Source: Parcubacteria bacterium C7867-006 (lineage in GTDB: Bacteria; Patescibacteriota; Minisyncoccia; Phycocordibacterales; DATDWN01). Taken from it: a DNA stretch of 64,000 bases. The position numbers and the translations under genes were made by a program. This document shows, one piece after another, positions 16,563-26,623 of this stretch. Each line of letters begins with the position of its first letter. The first letter of the stretch is position 1. The stretch covers positions 133,618 through 197,617 of the forward strand of contig LFCP01000004.1 in NCBI GenBank assembly GCA_001189155.1. Direction: 5' to 3'. The notes under the pieces were generated by a model. The model was not told the DNA's origin and ran no database searches. It saw only the letters and a program-made list of their open reading frames with translations.

Positions 16563-17446
16563 ATTTTTTCTCCTTTTAGTTTATAAAACAATTTGTTTCC
16601 ATATCGTAGATCAATATACTCTATCGGTAAATCAGAATTTGTACTAGTTGATAAAGCTGGAGTTTTTAACAAAGACTCAAGATTTTTTGAAATTTCTGTT
16701 AGAGGCTTTTTTGTATCAAAGAAAATTTTACCGCCCCCAGAAACCACCAGAGAAAAATCCCCCTCATCTTCAGCAATTAAATAGAGAGGTCTAATAGACA
16801 TCGCTTTGATATCAGAAATAAAATGTACTATTTCTTGAAACTTTGTTGATGATGAAATGTAATAGTTTCCTATAGGAGTAGATGTTGAAACCAAACCATA
16901 GAATTTAAAATACGCATCTCCAGAAAAATATGGGGCTTCAGAAAAAATGGTACTATTCTGATCTATAAAAAAACACTTTTGATATTCTGAATCTTTCTCA
17001 ACTGGAGTTGTTGTTGAAATCTCAACCTGGCCTGGTAATTTATCACACCAAATAGCAAAAGGTTTTCTCTCCTCTACCGTTACAACCATAGTCCTCAACC
17101 CGTCTAAACCAATACTAATAGTGTCTATTCTTTTAAAATTTTCTTTCAAATAAACAGAAAGTTGTTTTTTGGGATACCAAAAACTGCTATTTTTTGGAAA
17201 AAGCCAAAAATAAGAATCTTTCATATAAGAAAAAGACTTATCTGAAATGTCTGACTCAGTTACCAACACTCCTCCTTTCAATACAACTTTTGAAATCCGA
17301 ACTTCTGGTCTGTGTGAAATATATGAAGACAGACCTATAATAAAAATAATTAAAAAAGAAATTATAGAATACTTTATTATTCTTTTTTTTCTTTTTCTTC
17401 TGAGAAACTCCTCATGCGAAGGTAGTGTTGAATTATTGATTGGCAT
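16559..17446 (-). CDS. ftsQ: FtsQ/DivIB-like cell division protein (N-terminal TM plus POTRA-like domain)
   Basis: A basic N-terminus, one TM helix, then ISKVVLKGGVLVTESDI. Overlaps the folD start by 4 nt. Confidence 0.55.
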   Translation of the reverse strand: MPINNSTLPSHEEFLRRKRKKRIIKYSIISFLIIFIIGLSSYISHRPEVRISKVVLKGGVLVTESDISDKSFSYMKDSYFWLFPKNSSFWYPKKQLSVYLKENFKRIDTISIGLDGLRTMVVTVEERKPFAIWCDKLPGQVEISTTTPVEKDSEYQKCFFIDQNSTIFSEAPYFSGDAYFKFYGLVSTSTPIGNYYISSSTKFQEIVHFISDIKAMSIRPLYLIAEDEGDFSLVVSGGGKIFFDTKKPLTEISKNLESLLKTPALSTSTNSDLPIEYIDLRYGNKLFYKLKGEKI

Positions 17447-17480
17447 AGATTTTTCAATTTTTATTTTTTAGAGCACGCAT

Positions 17481-17498
17481 AATCGCAAGCTTGCGATT
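17481..17498. repeat. 18-nt perfect palindrome AATCGCAAGCTTGCGATT, extended by GAGCA/TGCTC
   Basis: Read directly from the sequence. It lies 35 nt upstream of the ftsQ-like start. Confidence 0.8.
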
Positions 17499-17655
17499 TG
17501 CTCTCACTCAACGATCAAGAAAACGATTCTCTCATTCCAGAGCCCTCTCGCAAACTCGGGCTCCGCCCTCAAACAGTGCTCCGGGCTTCTTCTCATTCGT
17601 TGTCGTTTTCTAATCGTTTCCGTAGTCTCCAAAAAACAAAAATCTCAAATAGACG

Positions 17656-18939
17656 TTACTTTTTGGAGATTACGGTCTGGCCACCCATGTATGGTCTCAG
17701 AACTTCTGGAATAGTAATTGAGCCATCTGCGTTTTGATAATTTTCAACAATCATAATAAGAGGTCTACCAGAAAGAGCAGTATTGTTTAGTGAGTGAACA
17801 AATTTCATTTTTCCATCATCATCTCTGTATCGGATGTTGAGCCGTCGTGTTTGAAAATCATGAAAATATGAAGCTGAACCTGTCTCTCTGTATGTATTCT
17901 CTGATGGAAGCCAAACTTCAATATCATATTTTTTAACCTGACCTAAACCTAAATCTCCTCCGCAGTTTGCTACAACGTGATAGTGAAGACCGAGAGCCTC
18001 TGTTATCTCCTCACTATTTCTCTGTATTTCTTCGTGATATTTTACAGACTCCTCATGACTTGCTTCACACAAAACAACTTGTTCATATTTATAGAACTCA
18101 TGAACTCGCAAAATTCCTCGCGTATCTTTCCCATGACTTCCTGCTTCTCTTCTAAATGCTGGAGAAAATGAAAGCATCTTTAACGGTAAATCTTTTTTTT
18201 CTAAAACTTCATCCATATAGTAACCCATAGTAGCAACCTCTGCTGTTCCAGCGAGATAATCTCCGTCTTGAGTCTTATACAAATCCTCTTCACCTTGTGG
18301 AAGATATCCAGTTCCCATAAAAACTTCTCGTTTGAGTAACGAAGGAACAATCATAGGTGTCCAGTTATTTCCATCTGCTCCTTTTTTATAAAAATATTCC
18401 TGTGTAAAGTTCCACAGTGCATTCATTAAACGAACCCCGTCACCTTTCAAAAAATATCCTCTGAAACCAGCGACTTTTGTTCCCCTCTCTAAATCAAGCA
18501 TCCCGAGGTTTGTCATAAGCTCAATATGATCCTTTGGCTCAAAATCAAACTTTGGCTTTTCACCCCAAACTTTAACTTCTCTGTTGTCTTTGTCATCAAC
18601 CCCTTCTGGTACTGAAACATCTGGAATATTTGGTACAGCAACCATCAAAACCTGCCAATCATGCATAACAGTTTTTAGCTCCTCTTCTTCTTTCTGAAGA
18701 GATTCTTTCAAAACTTTCATTTCAGCTATCATCTGAGACTTCTGTGCTGGATCAGATATAGAAACAATTTTCTGACTGACTTCGTTTTGCTCTGAACGTT
18801 TCTGATCTATAGACAAAATAAGTTCTTTTCTCTTATCGTCTATTTTTATGAGAGCTTCTACATCAAAATCTATATGCTTTTTCTTTGCACCCATAGCCAC
18901 AAGATCCTTGTTTTCTCGTATGAATTTGATATCTAACAT
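17656..18939 (-). CDS. serS: Seryl-tRNA synthetase
   Basis: N-terminal coiled coil and class II motifs (FRREAGS.., TGSASYFHDFQ, NNTALSGRP). Confidence 0.9.
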   Translation of the reverse strand: MLDIKFIRENKDLVAMGAKKKHIDFDVEALIKIDDKRKELILSIDQKRSEQNEVSQKIVSISDPAQKSQMIAEMKVLKESLQKEEEELKTVMHDWQVLMVAVPNIPDVSVPEGVDDKDNREVKVWGEKPKFDFEPKDHIELMTNLGMLDLERGTKVAGFRGYFLKGDGVRLMNALWNFTQEYFYKKGADGNNWTPMIVPSLLKREVFMGTGYLPQGEEDLYKTQDGDYLAGTAEVATMGYYMDEVLEKKDLPLKMLSFSPAFRREAGSHGKDTRGILRVHEFYKYEQVVLCEASHEESVKYHEEIQRNSEEITEALGLHYHVVANCGGDLGLGQVKKYDIEVWLPSENTYRETGSASYFHDFQTRRLNIRYRDDDGKMKFVHSLNNTALSGRPLIMIVENYQNADGSITIPEVLRPYMGGQTVISKK

Positions 18940-19022
18940 ATTTCAGATTGTAACAGAATTTTTTATATATGAGAATAGCCGGTCGCCCGGCTATTTTAAT
19001 CATCTCACCCCCCTTTGCTCGT

Positions 19023-19268
19023 TTAAACTTTCTTGTACCTACCAACAAGTTCGGACTTGATGGCGTACACAACGCCACCATCGCCAATAGTCCGCATTGG
19101 CACAACAAACATTCTCTTCGTGCTCTCGTCATTCGGGTTGATCCTCACCTCCTCTTTCCTCTGTCTTTGAATCTCGACAGTGGTTCCAGAATACCAAACA
19201 CCGATCCAGACGAGCTCTCTCAAGCGCTCTCTGTAAACAGAGATGTCGTCGGTAAGTCTAACAATCAT
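19023..19268 (-). CDS. GC-rich ORFan cassette
   Basis: 81 aa. AGGAG lies 5 nt before the ATG, TTGACA lies upstream, and the hairpin AGCCGG-GCGA-CCGGCT lies downstream. No family recognised. Confidence 0.5.
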   Translation of the reverse strand: MIVRLTDDISVYRERLRELVWIGVWYSGTTVEIQRQRKEEVRINPNDESTKRMFVVPMRTIGDGGVVYAIKSELVGRYKKV

Positions 19269-19337
19269 AAAGTCTCCTGATAATTAGGTTACCTTTTTAA
19301 ATAGTGGTGTCAATTATTTTGCTATACTATATATATT

Positions 19338-20192
19338 ATGGAAATCAGGGATCTTCCAAAGAAAGACTTTCCTCCACTCTTGAATGAAATAAACGACCCA
19401 CCAAAGTCACTCAGAATTATTGGTGAGTTACCGAAAACAGAAAAATATCTAGCGGTTGTTGGTTCTAGAAAATATAGTGAGTATGGAAAAGCTGTTTGCG
19501 AAAAACTGATAGAGGGGCTGCGAGGTTATCCTATTACTATAGTATCAGGCCTTGCACTTGGTATTGATTCTATTGGTCACAAAGCTGCAATAAAAGCTGG
19601 ACTACCAACAATTGCAATCCCCGGTTCTGGTCTTTCTCCAAAAGTTTTATATCCATCAAGCCACCAGAACCTAGCAAAAGAGATAGTAGAAAATGGCGGA
19701 TGCTTACTTTCAGAATTTGAAGACAATACTCCTGGATATCCATCAAACTTTCCACAAAGAAACAGAATCATTGCTGGAATGTCCCATACAACTTTAGTTA
19801 TCGAAGCTGAACTTAAATCTGGGACTTTAATTACCTCAAAATACGCTATTGAATATAACCGTGATGTGTTCACGGTTCCTAACTCAATATTTTCAAAAAC
19901 ATCCGAAGGACCGCACATGCTACTCCGACTAGGAGCCACACCCATAACACAGTCCAGTGATATCGTCACAGCACTTGGACTTACTCCACACGAAAATCTT
20001 TTTGAAAAAAGAGATTACAAAGACTGCTCTAGTGATGAACACGAAGTCATAAATCTCCTGTATGAACCAATGTCACGTGATGAAATTATTCAAAAGCTAG
20101 GTAAGCCTGTATATGTAACACAAACAATCCTAGCAACAATGGAAATCAAAGGAATCATAGAAGAAGTGTTGGGAGAGATTCATTTGAAATAG
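19338..20192 (+). CDS. dprA: DNA processing protein DprA/Smf
   Basis: GSRKYS.., SGLALGIDS..H, PQRNRIIAG. Confidence 0.85.
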   Translation: MEIRDLPKKDFPPLLNEINDPPKSLRIIGELPKTEKYLAVVGSRKYSEYGKAVCEKLIEGLRGYPITIVSGLALGIDSIGHKAAIKAGLPTIAIPGSGLSPKVLYPSSHQNLAKEIVENGGCLLSEFEDNTPGYPSNFPQRNRIIAGMSHTTLVIEAELKSGTLITSKYAIEYNRDVFTVPNSIFSKTSEGPHMLLRLGATPITQSSDIVTALGLTPHENLFEKRDYKDCSSDEHEVINLLYEPMSRDEIIQKLGKPVYVTQTILATMEIKGIIEEVLGEIHLK

Positions 20193-20233
20193 TTTTTTAT
20201 TTCACGTATAAATAATGTAGAACTGGAGGGTTC

Positions 20234-20500
20234 ATGATACTCGCACTTGAAAAAATGTTGGTCGATGTCCCGATTTCTGCTGGAGACAGACTGCAGTGGA
20301 ACAACGAAGGTAAGTTTATCACTGCTCAGGCGCAAAGTGGGAAACCACTCTACTGGCACGGCAACCAGCTGAAGAAGATGGCTAGCTGGCTGCGGAGCGA
20401 CGAACAGTTCGACAGCTATGTGATGATTCTGGCAGAAATACTGAATCTCAAGGCTGTCCTCGTTGAAGGTGAACGTCACAGGACTTATCGATTTGAGTGA
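20234..20500 (+). CDS. GC-rich ORFan cassette
   Basis: 88 aa. GGAGGG lies 4 nt before the ATG. The promoter is TTGAAA-N17-TATAAA and a GC hairpin CGGCTCCGCGC..GCGCCGGAGCCG follows. Preferred over the antisense ORF 20180-20515, which lacks an SD. Confidence 0.5.
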   Translation: MILALEKMLVDVPISAGDRLQWNNEGKFITAQAQSGKPLYWHGNQLKKMASWLRSDEQFDSYVMILAEILNLKAVLVEGERHRTYRFE

Positions 20501-20614
20501 TGTTCTTTCGCTCACACACGGCTCCGCGCAACACTGCGCCGGAGCCGTTAAACTTTATAAAAAATAATATGTTAAATTGGACAAAATTTATTTTTATAGT
20601 AATACTAGATAGCA

Positions 20615-22822
20615 ATGACAAAATTATTAATTGTTGAGTCTCCAGCAAAAGCAAAGACAATTTCAAAATATCTGGACGGAAAATATAAAGTAGTTGCTTC
20701 GGTTGGACATGTTAGAGATCTCCCAAAATCAAACAAAAAAGCCATTGATATCGAGGGTGGTTTTGTGCCACATTATGAAATCTCAAAAGGTAAAGACAAG
20801 GTAGTAGAAGAAATAGCATCACTTGCTAAAAAAGCAGATGAGATTCTTCTTGCTACCGACCCAGATCGTGAAGGAGAAGCTATCGCTTGGCACGTTGCCC
20901 AAGCAACTGGAATGAAAAATCCTAAACGGGTTGTATTTCATGAGATTACAGAAGAAGCGGTAAAAGAAGCGATCCAGCATCCACGTAAAATAGATATGAA
21001 CCTAAAAGAGGCTCAGGAAGCTAGACGAGTCCTAGATAGGCTTGTAGGTTATGATCTATCTGGACTTATTTGGAAAAAAGTTAGATATGGTCTTTCTGCT
21101 GGTCGAGTACAATCCCCTGCACTTCGAATAATAATGGAAAGAGAAAGAGAGATTCGAGCTTTTAAAAGTCATACTTTTTGGGTTATTTCAGCAGATGTTG
21201 AAAGCAAAGATGGAAAAGCTTTTAATATAGTATGTGAAGACGAGCCAACAGATAAAAAAGTACTAGATGAAATAGTTGCAACTGCTGAAAAAGCTGGCAA
21301 AGCCGGTGAATGGTTTATAAAAGATGTAAAAGAATCAAATGTAAAAAAATCTCCGCGTGCACCGTTCATTACATCCACACTACAACAGGCGGCATCATCT
21401 AGATTAGGGTTTGCTCCATCTAGAACTATGGGTATTGCACAGAAACTATACGAGGAAGGTCATATTACATATATGAGAACTGACTCAACCAACCTAAGTA
21501 AAGTCGCTATCACTCAAATCGAGGATATTGTTACAAAAAAATACGGAAAAGAATATCTGCAGGTCAGAACATATAGTGCAAAAAGTAAAAATGCTCAAGA
21601 GGCACACGAGGCGATACGACCAACACATTTTAATGTTGAAAATGCTGGACACACAGATGAACAGAAAAAACTTTATAAACTCATCTGGGAAAGAGCGGTT
21701 TCCTCTCAAATGTCAGACGCTCAAACTCTCCGAACAAAAATAACCGCCAACATAAAGGGAGAAACTATTCCAGATTTCTCTATCACAGGTTCCCAAATAA
21801 AGTTTGCAGGATGGCTATTAGGAGATCCGGATTCAAGAGGAGATGATGTGGAACTTCCAAAAGTTTCTGCTGGAGATAAACTAGGTTTCCAAAAAATAAA
21901 TACTGAAGAAAAACAAACTGAACCACCAGGAAGATATTCGGAAGCTGGTTTAGTTAAAGAACTTGAGAAAAGAGGCATTGGAAGACCTTCTACATATGCA
22001 TCTATCATAAAAACCCTAGAAGACAGGGGTTATGTTGAGAAAGTTAATAAAGCTTTAGTCCCAACAGATACAGGAGATGTTGTATCAAGTTTTCTAGAAG
22101 CAAACTTCCCTACATATATTTCAGATGGATTTACTGCTGAAATGGAAGATAAACTAGACCTCATCGCAGAAGGAAAAGAAGAATACGTGAAGACTCTGAA
22201 AACTTTTTACAAACCTTTTCTAGCTGAAGTAAAAAGCAAAGACAAAATGGATAAAGTCACTAACCTGGGAGATGCAGATCCAAAGTTTAAGTGCCCTATT
22301 TGTGGAAGTTCTATGATTATTAAACTTTCTCGTTCAGGAAAGTTCCTATCATGTTCTAGATATCCAGACTGTGAAGGAGCACTAACGATGGATGGTGTAG
22401 AAATCAAAAAAGATGCACCTATTGGTAACGATCCAGAAACTGGACTACCTATATTTGTTCTGTTCGGAAAATATGGACCATATGTACAACTCGGCGAAAG
22501 AGTAAAAGGTAAAGGAAGTAAAAAGGCTCCAAAACCAAGAATGGCAAGTGTTCCAAAAGAAAAAGATTTAAATTCTGTTACTGTAGATGATGCACTAGTG
22601 TACCTTTCACTCCCACGAATATTAGGAAAACATCCAGAAACTGGAGAGAATATTACAGCAAACATCGGACGATTTGGCCCATATATTGCACACAACACAA
22701 AACCTAAAGCAGACTTTAGATCACTAAAGACTGACGATGTGTATAAAATAGACCTCCCACGAGCATTAGAAATACTGAAAGAAGAAAAAAAGAAACGTGG
22801 TTTTGCAAAAAAAGCAAAATAG
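20615..22822 (+). CDS. topA: DNA topoisomerase I
   Basis: TOPRIM (LIVESPAKA, DPDREGEAI), active-site region YITYMRTDS, and a C-terminal Zn ribbon CPICG...C..YPDC. Confidence 0.9.
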   Translation: MTKLLIVESPAKAKTISKYLDGKYKVVASVGHVRDLPKSNKKAIDIEGGFVPHYEISKGKDKVVEEIASLAKKADEILLATDPDREGEAIAWHVAQATGMKNPKRVVFHEITEEAVKEAIQHPRKIDMNLKEAQEARRVLDRLVGYDLSGLIWKKVRYGLSAGRVQSPALRIIMEREREIRAFKSHTFWVISADVESKDGKAFNIVCEDEPTDKKVLDEIVATAEKAGKAGEWFIKDVKESNVKKSPRAPFITSTLQQAASSRLGFAPSRTMGIAQKLYEEGHITYMRTDSTNLSKVAITQIEDIVTKKYGKEYLQVRTYSAKSKNAQEAHEAIRPTHFNVENAGHTDEQKKLYKLIWERAVSSQMSDAQTLRTKITANIKGETIPDFSITGSQIKFAGWLLGDPDSRGDDVELPKVSAGDKLGFQKINTEEKQTEPPGRYSEAGLVKELEKRGIGRPSTYASIIKTLEDRGYVEKVNKALVPTDTGDVVSSFLEANFPTYISDGFTAEMEDKLDLIAEGKEEYVKTLKTFYKPFLAEVKSKDKMDKVTNLGDADPKFKCPICGSSMIIKLSRSGKFLSCSRYPDCEGALTMDGVEIKKDAPIGNDPETGLPIFVLFGKYGPYVQLGERVKGKGSKKAPKPRMASVPKEKDLNSVTVDDALVYLSLPRILGKHPETGENITANIGRFGPYIAHNTKPKADFRSLKTDDVYKIDLPRALEILKEEKKKRGFAKKAK

Positions 22823-22864
22823 CTCAAGATTGTTTTTAGTTTAGTTTTAACTACAATTAATAGT

Positions 22865-24358
22865 ATGAATGATATAAAGGAGATATTCTCCTTATTAAAC
22901 AACCCCACAGAAGAAGATAAAGCCTTAATACAAAAGGCCTATGATTTCGCGCAAAAAGCCCACACTGGAGGAGTTAGAAAAAGCGGAGAACCTTATTTTA
23001 ACCATCTTTTCGGTACGGCAAAAAATATTGCAGAACTTGGAATGAGTTCAACAACAATAGCTGCCGGTTTTCTTCACGACATAATAGAGGATACAAATGT
23101 AACCCCAGATGAACTCAAAAAAGAATTTGGAGATGAGATACTTTTCCTTGTTGAAGGTGTTACAAAACTTGGGAAAATCCGCCACCACGGCACAGCTAGG
23201 TATGATGAAAGTTTAAGAAAACTTTTTGTTGCAATGTCTCAAGACATTAGAGTACTTATAATAAAACTCTGCGACAGACTTCACAATATGATGACTCTCG
23301 AACATGTTCCAAAAGAAAAACAACTCAGAATTGCAAAAGAAACTCTAGAAATATATGCCCCTATCGCCTACCGATTGGGAATCAAAAAACTTCAACGTGA
23401 TCTAGAAGACACGGCTTTTAAATATGTTTACCCGAATGAATATGAAGAAATAAGAAAAATAATGAAGGCAAAAAGGGAGAAAATCGAAATTGAGCTAACA
23501 AAATTTGAAAAACTCCTAAAAAAAGAGTTGGCGAAAAATAATTTTACAGATTTTCACATAGATCATCGTGTAAAAAGTATGTACTCTCTTTTTAAGAAAC
23601 TAAAAAAATACAAAGGTGATGTAGAAAGTATATATGATATATCTGCTCTACGTGTGACAGTAAAAGAAGTCGCTGATTGTTACAAAGTTTTGGGCATTGT
23701 CCATAGTAACTGGCGACCTCTACCAGAGAGAATAAAAGACTATATTGCCTCCCCAAAACTTAATGGTTACCAGTCTATCCATACAACCATATTTACTGGT
23801 GATGGAGGAATTATTGAAGTTCAAATAAGAACACAAGAAATGGACAAAGAAGCTGAATACGGAATCGCTTCTCATGTTTCATACAAAGAAGGATTGAAGA
23901 AAAAAACAACAAATCCAAATCTACTATGGATAAGAAGTATCCTACCTGGGAAAAATATGTCTGGTAAAAAAACTTCTACATCAACTGATGTACCGAGTTG
24001 GATAAAAGAGTTAGTAGAATACCAAAATGAAGCAGGAGATGAGTTTATTGATGATATAAAAAACGACTTCTTTGAAGAAAGAATATTCGTATTTACCCCA
24101 AAAGGAGATGTTATAGATTTACCAAAAGACTCTTGTGTTATTGATTTCGCCTATGCGATACATACAGACATTGGTGACCATATTTCATCGGCGAAAATAA
24201 ATGGAAGGTTTTTAGCTATAACAACTACACTAAAAAATGGAGACAGAGTAGAAGTTGAAACAAAAAAGGGTGCAAAACCAAGTTTCAAATGGATTGAGTT
24301 CTGCAAAACAACGATGGCTAGAAGAAAAATAAATCAGGCACTAGGAATTATCAAATAA
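22865..24358 (+). CDS. rel: Rel/SpoT-family (p)ppGpp synthetase/hydrolase (HD + synthetase + TGS domains)
   Basis: HD motif FLHDIIEDT, synthetase motif YQSIHTTI, and TGS motif FTPKGDVIDLP. Confidence 0.85.
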   Translation: MNDIKEIFSLLNNPTEEDKALIQKAYDFAQKAHTGGVRKSGEPYFNHLFGTAKNIAELGMSSTTIAAGFLHDIIEDTNVTPDELKKEFGDEILFLVEGVTKLGKIRHHGTARYDESLRKLFVAMSQDIRVLIIKLCDRLHNMMTLEHVPKEKQLRIAKETLEIYAPIAYRLGIKKLQRDLEDTAFKYVYPNEYEEIRKIMKAKREKIEIELTKFEKLLKKELAKNNFTDFHIDHRVKSMYSLFKKLKKYKGDVESIYDISALRVTVKEVADCYKVLGIVHSNWRPLPERIKDYIASPKLNGYQSIHTTIFTGDGGIIEVQIRTQEMDKEAEYGIASHVSYKEGLKKKTTNPNLLWIRSILPGKNMSGKKTSTSTDVPSWIKELVEYQNEAGDEFIDDIKNDFFEERIFVFTPKGDVIDLPKDSCVIDFAYAIHTDIGDHISSAKINGRFLAITTTLKNGDRVEVETKKGAKPSFKWIEFCKTTMARRKINQALGIIK

Positions 24359-24375
24359 ACTCTTTACTGGATTTA

Positions 24376-24399
24376 AGAATTTCCAAATTTGGAAATTCT
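24376..24399. terminator. 24-nt perfect palindrome AGAATTTCCAAATTTGGAAATTCT between convergent rel and parB
   Basis: Read directly from the sequence. Confidence 0.6.
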
Positions 24400-24400
24400 A

Positions 24401-25459
24401 CTATATTGAGAAATTTTTGATGGAGTACAACTGCTCATCATCTTGATTCTCCTCTTCTTTTTTTTGTTCAGGAGTTCTATCATCCAGATTTTCTGGCTCA
24501 CTCTTTAAATCTTCAATAGTCATCTCTGCGATACCTGGATCTCGAACATAATTTGGGATATTTTCATTTACTGGAGGGATAGGATTTGCCTCTATATGCC
24601 TATCCATTTTCTCAGTTGGAGAAACTGTTTTATTACTTTTTATTAATTCCAATATTTCATGCAAATCCTGTGGTGAGAAGAAATCTATTGTTATCTTTCC
24701 ACCATTATCTCTTTTTTCTATTGATACTCGTGTTCCAAGAGTCTCTGTGAGTTTCTCTTCCATTTCTTGAGTTTCTGGGTCCAAAGTTGCTCCTTTCTTT
24801 TTTATTTTATCGTAAGCAATTCTTCGTCCAATAGCCTCTGCCTCACGAACTGTGAGTTTTTTAAACATTATTTCTTTAAACAAAGTGGTCTGTTCCTCTG
24901 GTCTGTCACCCAACATCATAAGAGGTCTTGCGTGACCTTCTGATATTTTCCCTTGAGAAAGAGCATCTAAAATATCTGATGGGAGAGCCAGAAGACGGAT
25001 TGAGTTTGAAACATATTCACGACTTTTTCCAACTTTTTTTCCAATATCAACATGCTTAAAACCAAATTCATCAATAAGTCTCTGGAAGGCTCTGGCTCTA
25101 TCAACTGGATTTAGATCCTCTCGTTGAATATTTTCAATAATAGCAAGCTCAAGCTTCATCAAATCGTTCTCCTCATCACCCACCTTAATCAAAGCAGGGA
25201 CTTGAGTCAGTCCAGCAAGTTTTGATGCTCGAAGTCTTCTCTCTCCAGCAATCAATTCATATTCAACTGCAAGACCACCATCCTCTTTTGGAACTTCTTT
25301 TCTAGTAACAACTAGGGCTTGCAAAACACCATACTGACGGATTGAATCAGCCAAGCTTTGTAACTCCGGTTCACTGAATTCCCTTCTTGGTTGAAAAGGG
25401 TTAGGAACTATTTTATCGACATCTATCCAGAATACTGAATCATTATAGAATTGTGACAT
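24401..25459 (-). CDS. parB: ParB/Spo0J partition protein with an acidic C-terminal tail
   Basis: ParB box LIAGERRLRA and an HTH region. Confidence 0.85.
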   Translation of the reverse strand: MSQFYNDSVFWIDVDKIVPNPFQPRREFSEPELQSLADSIRQYGVLQALVVTRKEVPKEDGGLAVEYELIAGERRLRASKLAGLTQVPALIKVGDEENDLMKLELAIIENIQREDLNPVDRARAFQRLIDEFGFKHVDIGKKVGKSREYVSNSIRLLALPSDILDALSQGKISEGHARPLMMLGDRPEEQTTLFKEIMFKKLTVREAEAIGRRIAYDKIKKKGATLDPETQEMEEKLTETLGTRVSIEKRDNGGKITIDFFSPQDLHEILELIKSNKTVSPTEKMDRHIEANPIPPVNENIPNYVRDPGIAEMTIEDLKSEPENLDDRTPEQKKEEENQDDEQLYSIKNFSI

Positions 25460-25501
25460 AAGGCAATTTTATCACACAAAAAAATCTGGCTCAACTTTGG
25501 G

Positions 25502-26584
25502 TTATTTAAAGTCCCCAACTAACTCTGGTTCAACATTTAGTTTTACGCCAAACTCATTTTTGATACTTTCACGAACTTTGTTCGATAAATCTATAACCTC
25601 TTTAGCTGTTCCAGAACCAGTAAAATTATTTATAACACCCGCATGACTTTCTAGTATTTTTACTCCACCATTCACTACCCCTTTAAAACCCAGAACTTCT
25701 ATCAAAACCCCGTAAGGAACCTTCATACCCTGAGCTACGGTAAAAGAAGCTTTTTTATTCTTAATATCATTAGCTTTATCCAAAAAACCCTTCTGTTCTA
25801 ATTTTTTTATTATTTCTTCATACTTTTTTTCATCAATAACTTCAGCGTTCCAAAAGCTCCCAACCGTTCCATCAACTGGGCTTTTGGGAAATGGAAACTT
25901 ACTATCTCTTATTGAGATAACAGCTTCACGGATTGATTTGAGTGTCGGTTCTTTTTGTGGATGGTTTGTAAAATATTTTGTAAAATCACCATATTTTAAA
26001 TTTAATTCTCCGAATTTATGTAAACAAAATGTTACACTCGTAACAACATACTTTCCTTTATGTTGATTAATATCATTTAAACAACTCTTTCTATAAGAAA
26101 AATTTAAATCAGATTTTGATAAAACTTTTTCTTTCAATGATTCAATATCTACTACCTTAACAGACACAATGCAACTAGAAACCTCCTGACCATATGCCCC
26201 TATATTCTGAACAACAGATGCTCCTACAGATCCAGGAATGTGTGATAAATTTTCAATACCATATAAACCACGATCAATACAAAATTTCACAAAGCCATCC
26301 CAACTCTCTCCTGCACCAACTTCGAAAGTAGAACTATTTTCATCATCACAAACCAACTCAATACTAGGAATTAAAATTTTTATAACCAAACCATCAAAAC
26401 CAGAATCAGATATTATGATATTGCTACCTCCACCTAAAATAAAATGATTAATATTTTTTTCTTTGGCGAAAGATATGGCTTTTTTCAGCTCTAGAATAGA
26501 AGAGGCTTCAACAAAATATCTAGCATTTCCACCAACATACATACTTGTTAAAGGTCTGAGATTGTGGTTCTCTAATATCTTCAT
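25502..26584 (-). CDS. murB: UDP-N-acetylenolpyruvoylglucosamine reductase
   Basis: FAD-binging pattern MYVGGNARYF..ILGGGSNI. The start is set at ATG 26584 (MKILENH). The 40-aa upstream extension in the ORF track is hydrophobic junk. Confidence 0.85.
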   Translation of the reverse strand: MKILENHNLRPLTSMYVGGNARYFVEASSILELKKAISFAKEKNINHFILGGGSNIIISDSGFDGLVIKILIPSIELVCDDENSSTFEVGAGESWDGFVKFCIDRGLYGIENLSHIPGSVGASVVQNIGAYGQEVSSCIVSVKVVDIESLKEKVLSKSDLNFSYRKSCLNDINQHKGKYVVTSVTFCLHKFGELNLKYGDFTKYFTNHPQKEPTLKSIREAVISIRDSKFPFPKSPVDGTVGSFWNAEVIDEKKYEEIIKKLEQKGFLDKANDIKNKKASFTVAQGMKVPYGVLIEVLGFKGVVNGGVKILESHAGVINNFTGSGTAKEVIDLSNKVRESIKNEFGVKLNVEPELVGDFK

Positions 26585-26623
26585 AATTATTACCAATATA
26601 TCACATATGATATAATCCCAAAT

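Noticed and set aside
24376-25459. A search for a parS-like site (TGTTTCACGTGAAACA-type) near parB.
   Set aside because: No match or close variant was found by eye in or around parB. The 24-nt palindrome at 24376-24399 is AT-rich and unrelated, and is better explained as a bidirectional terminator.
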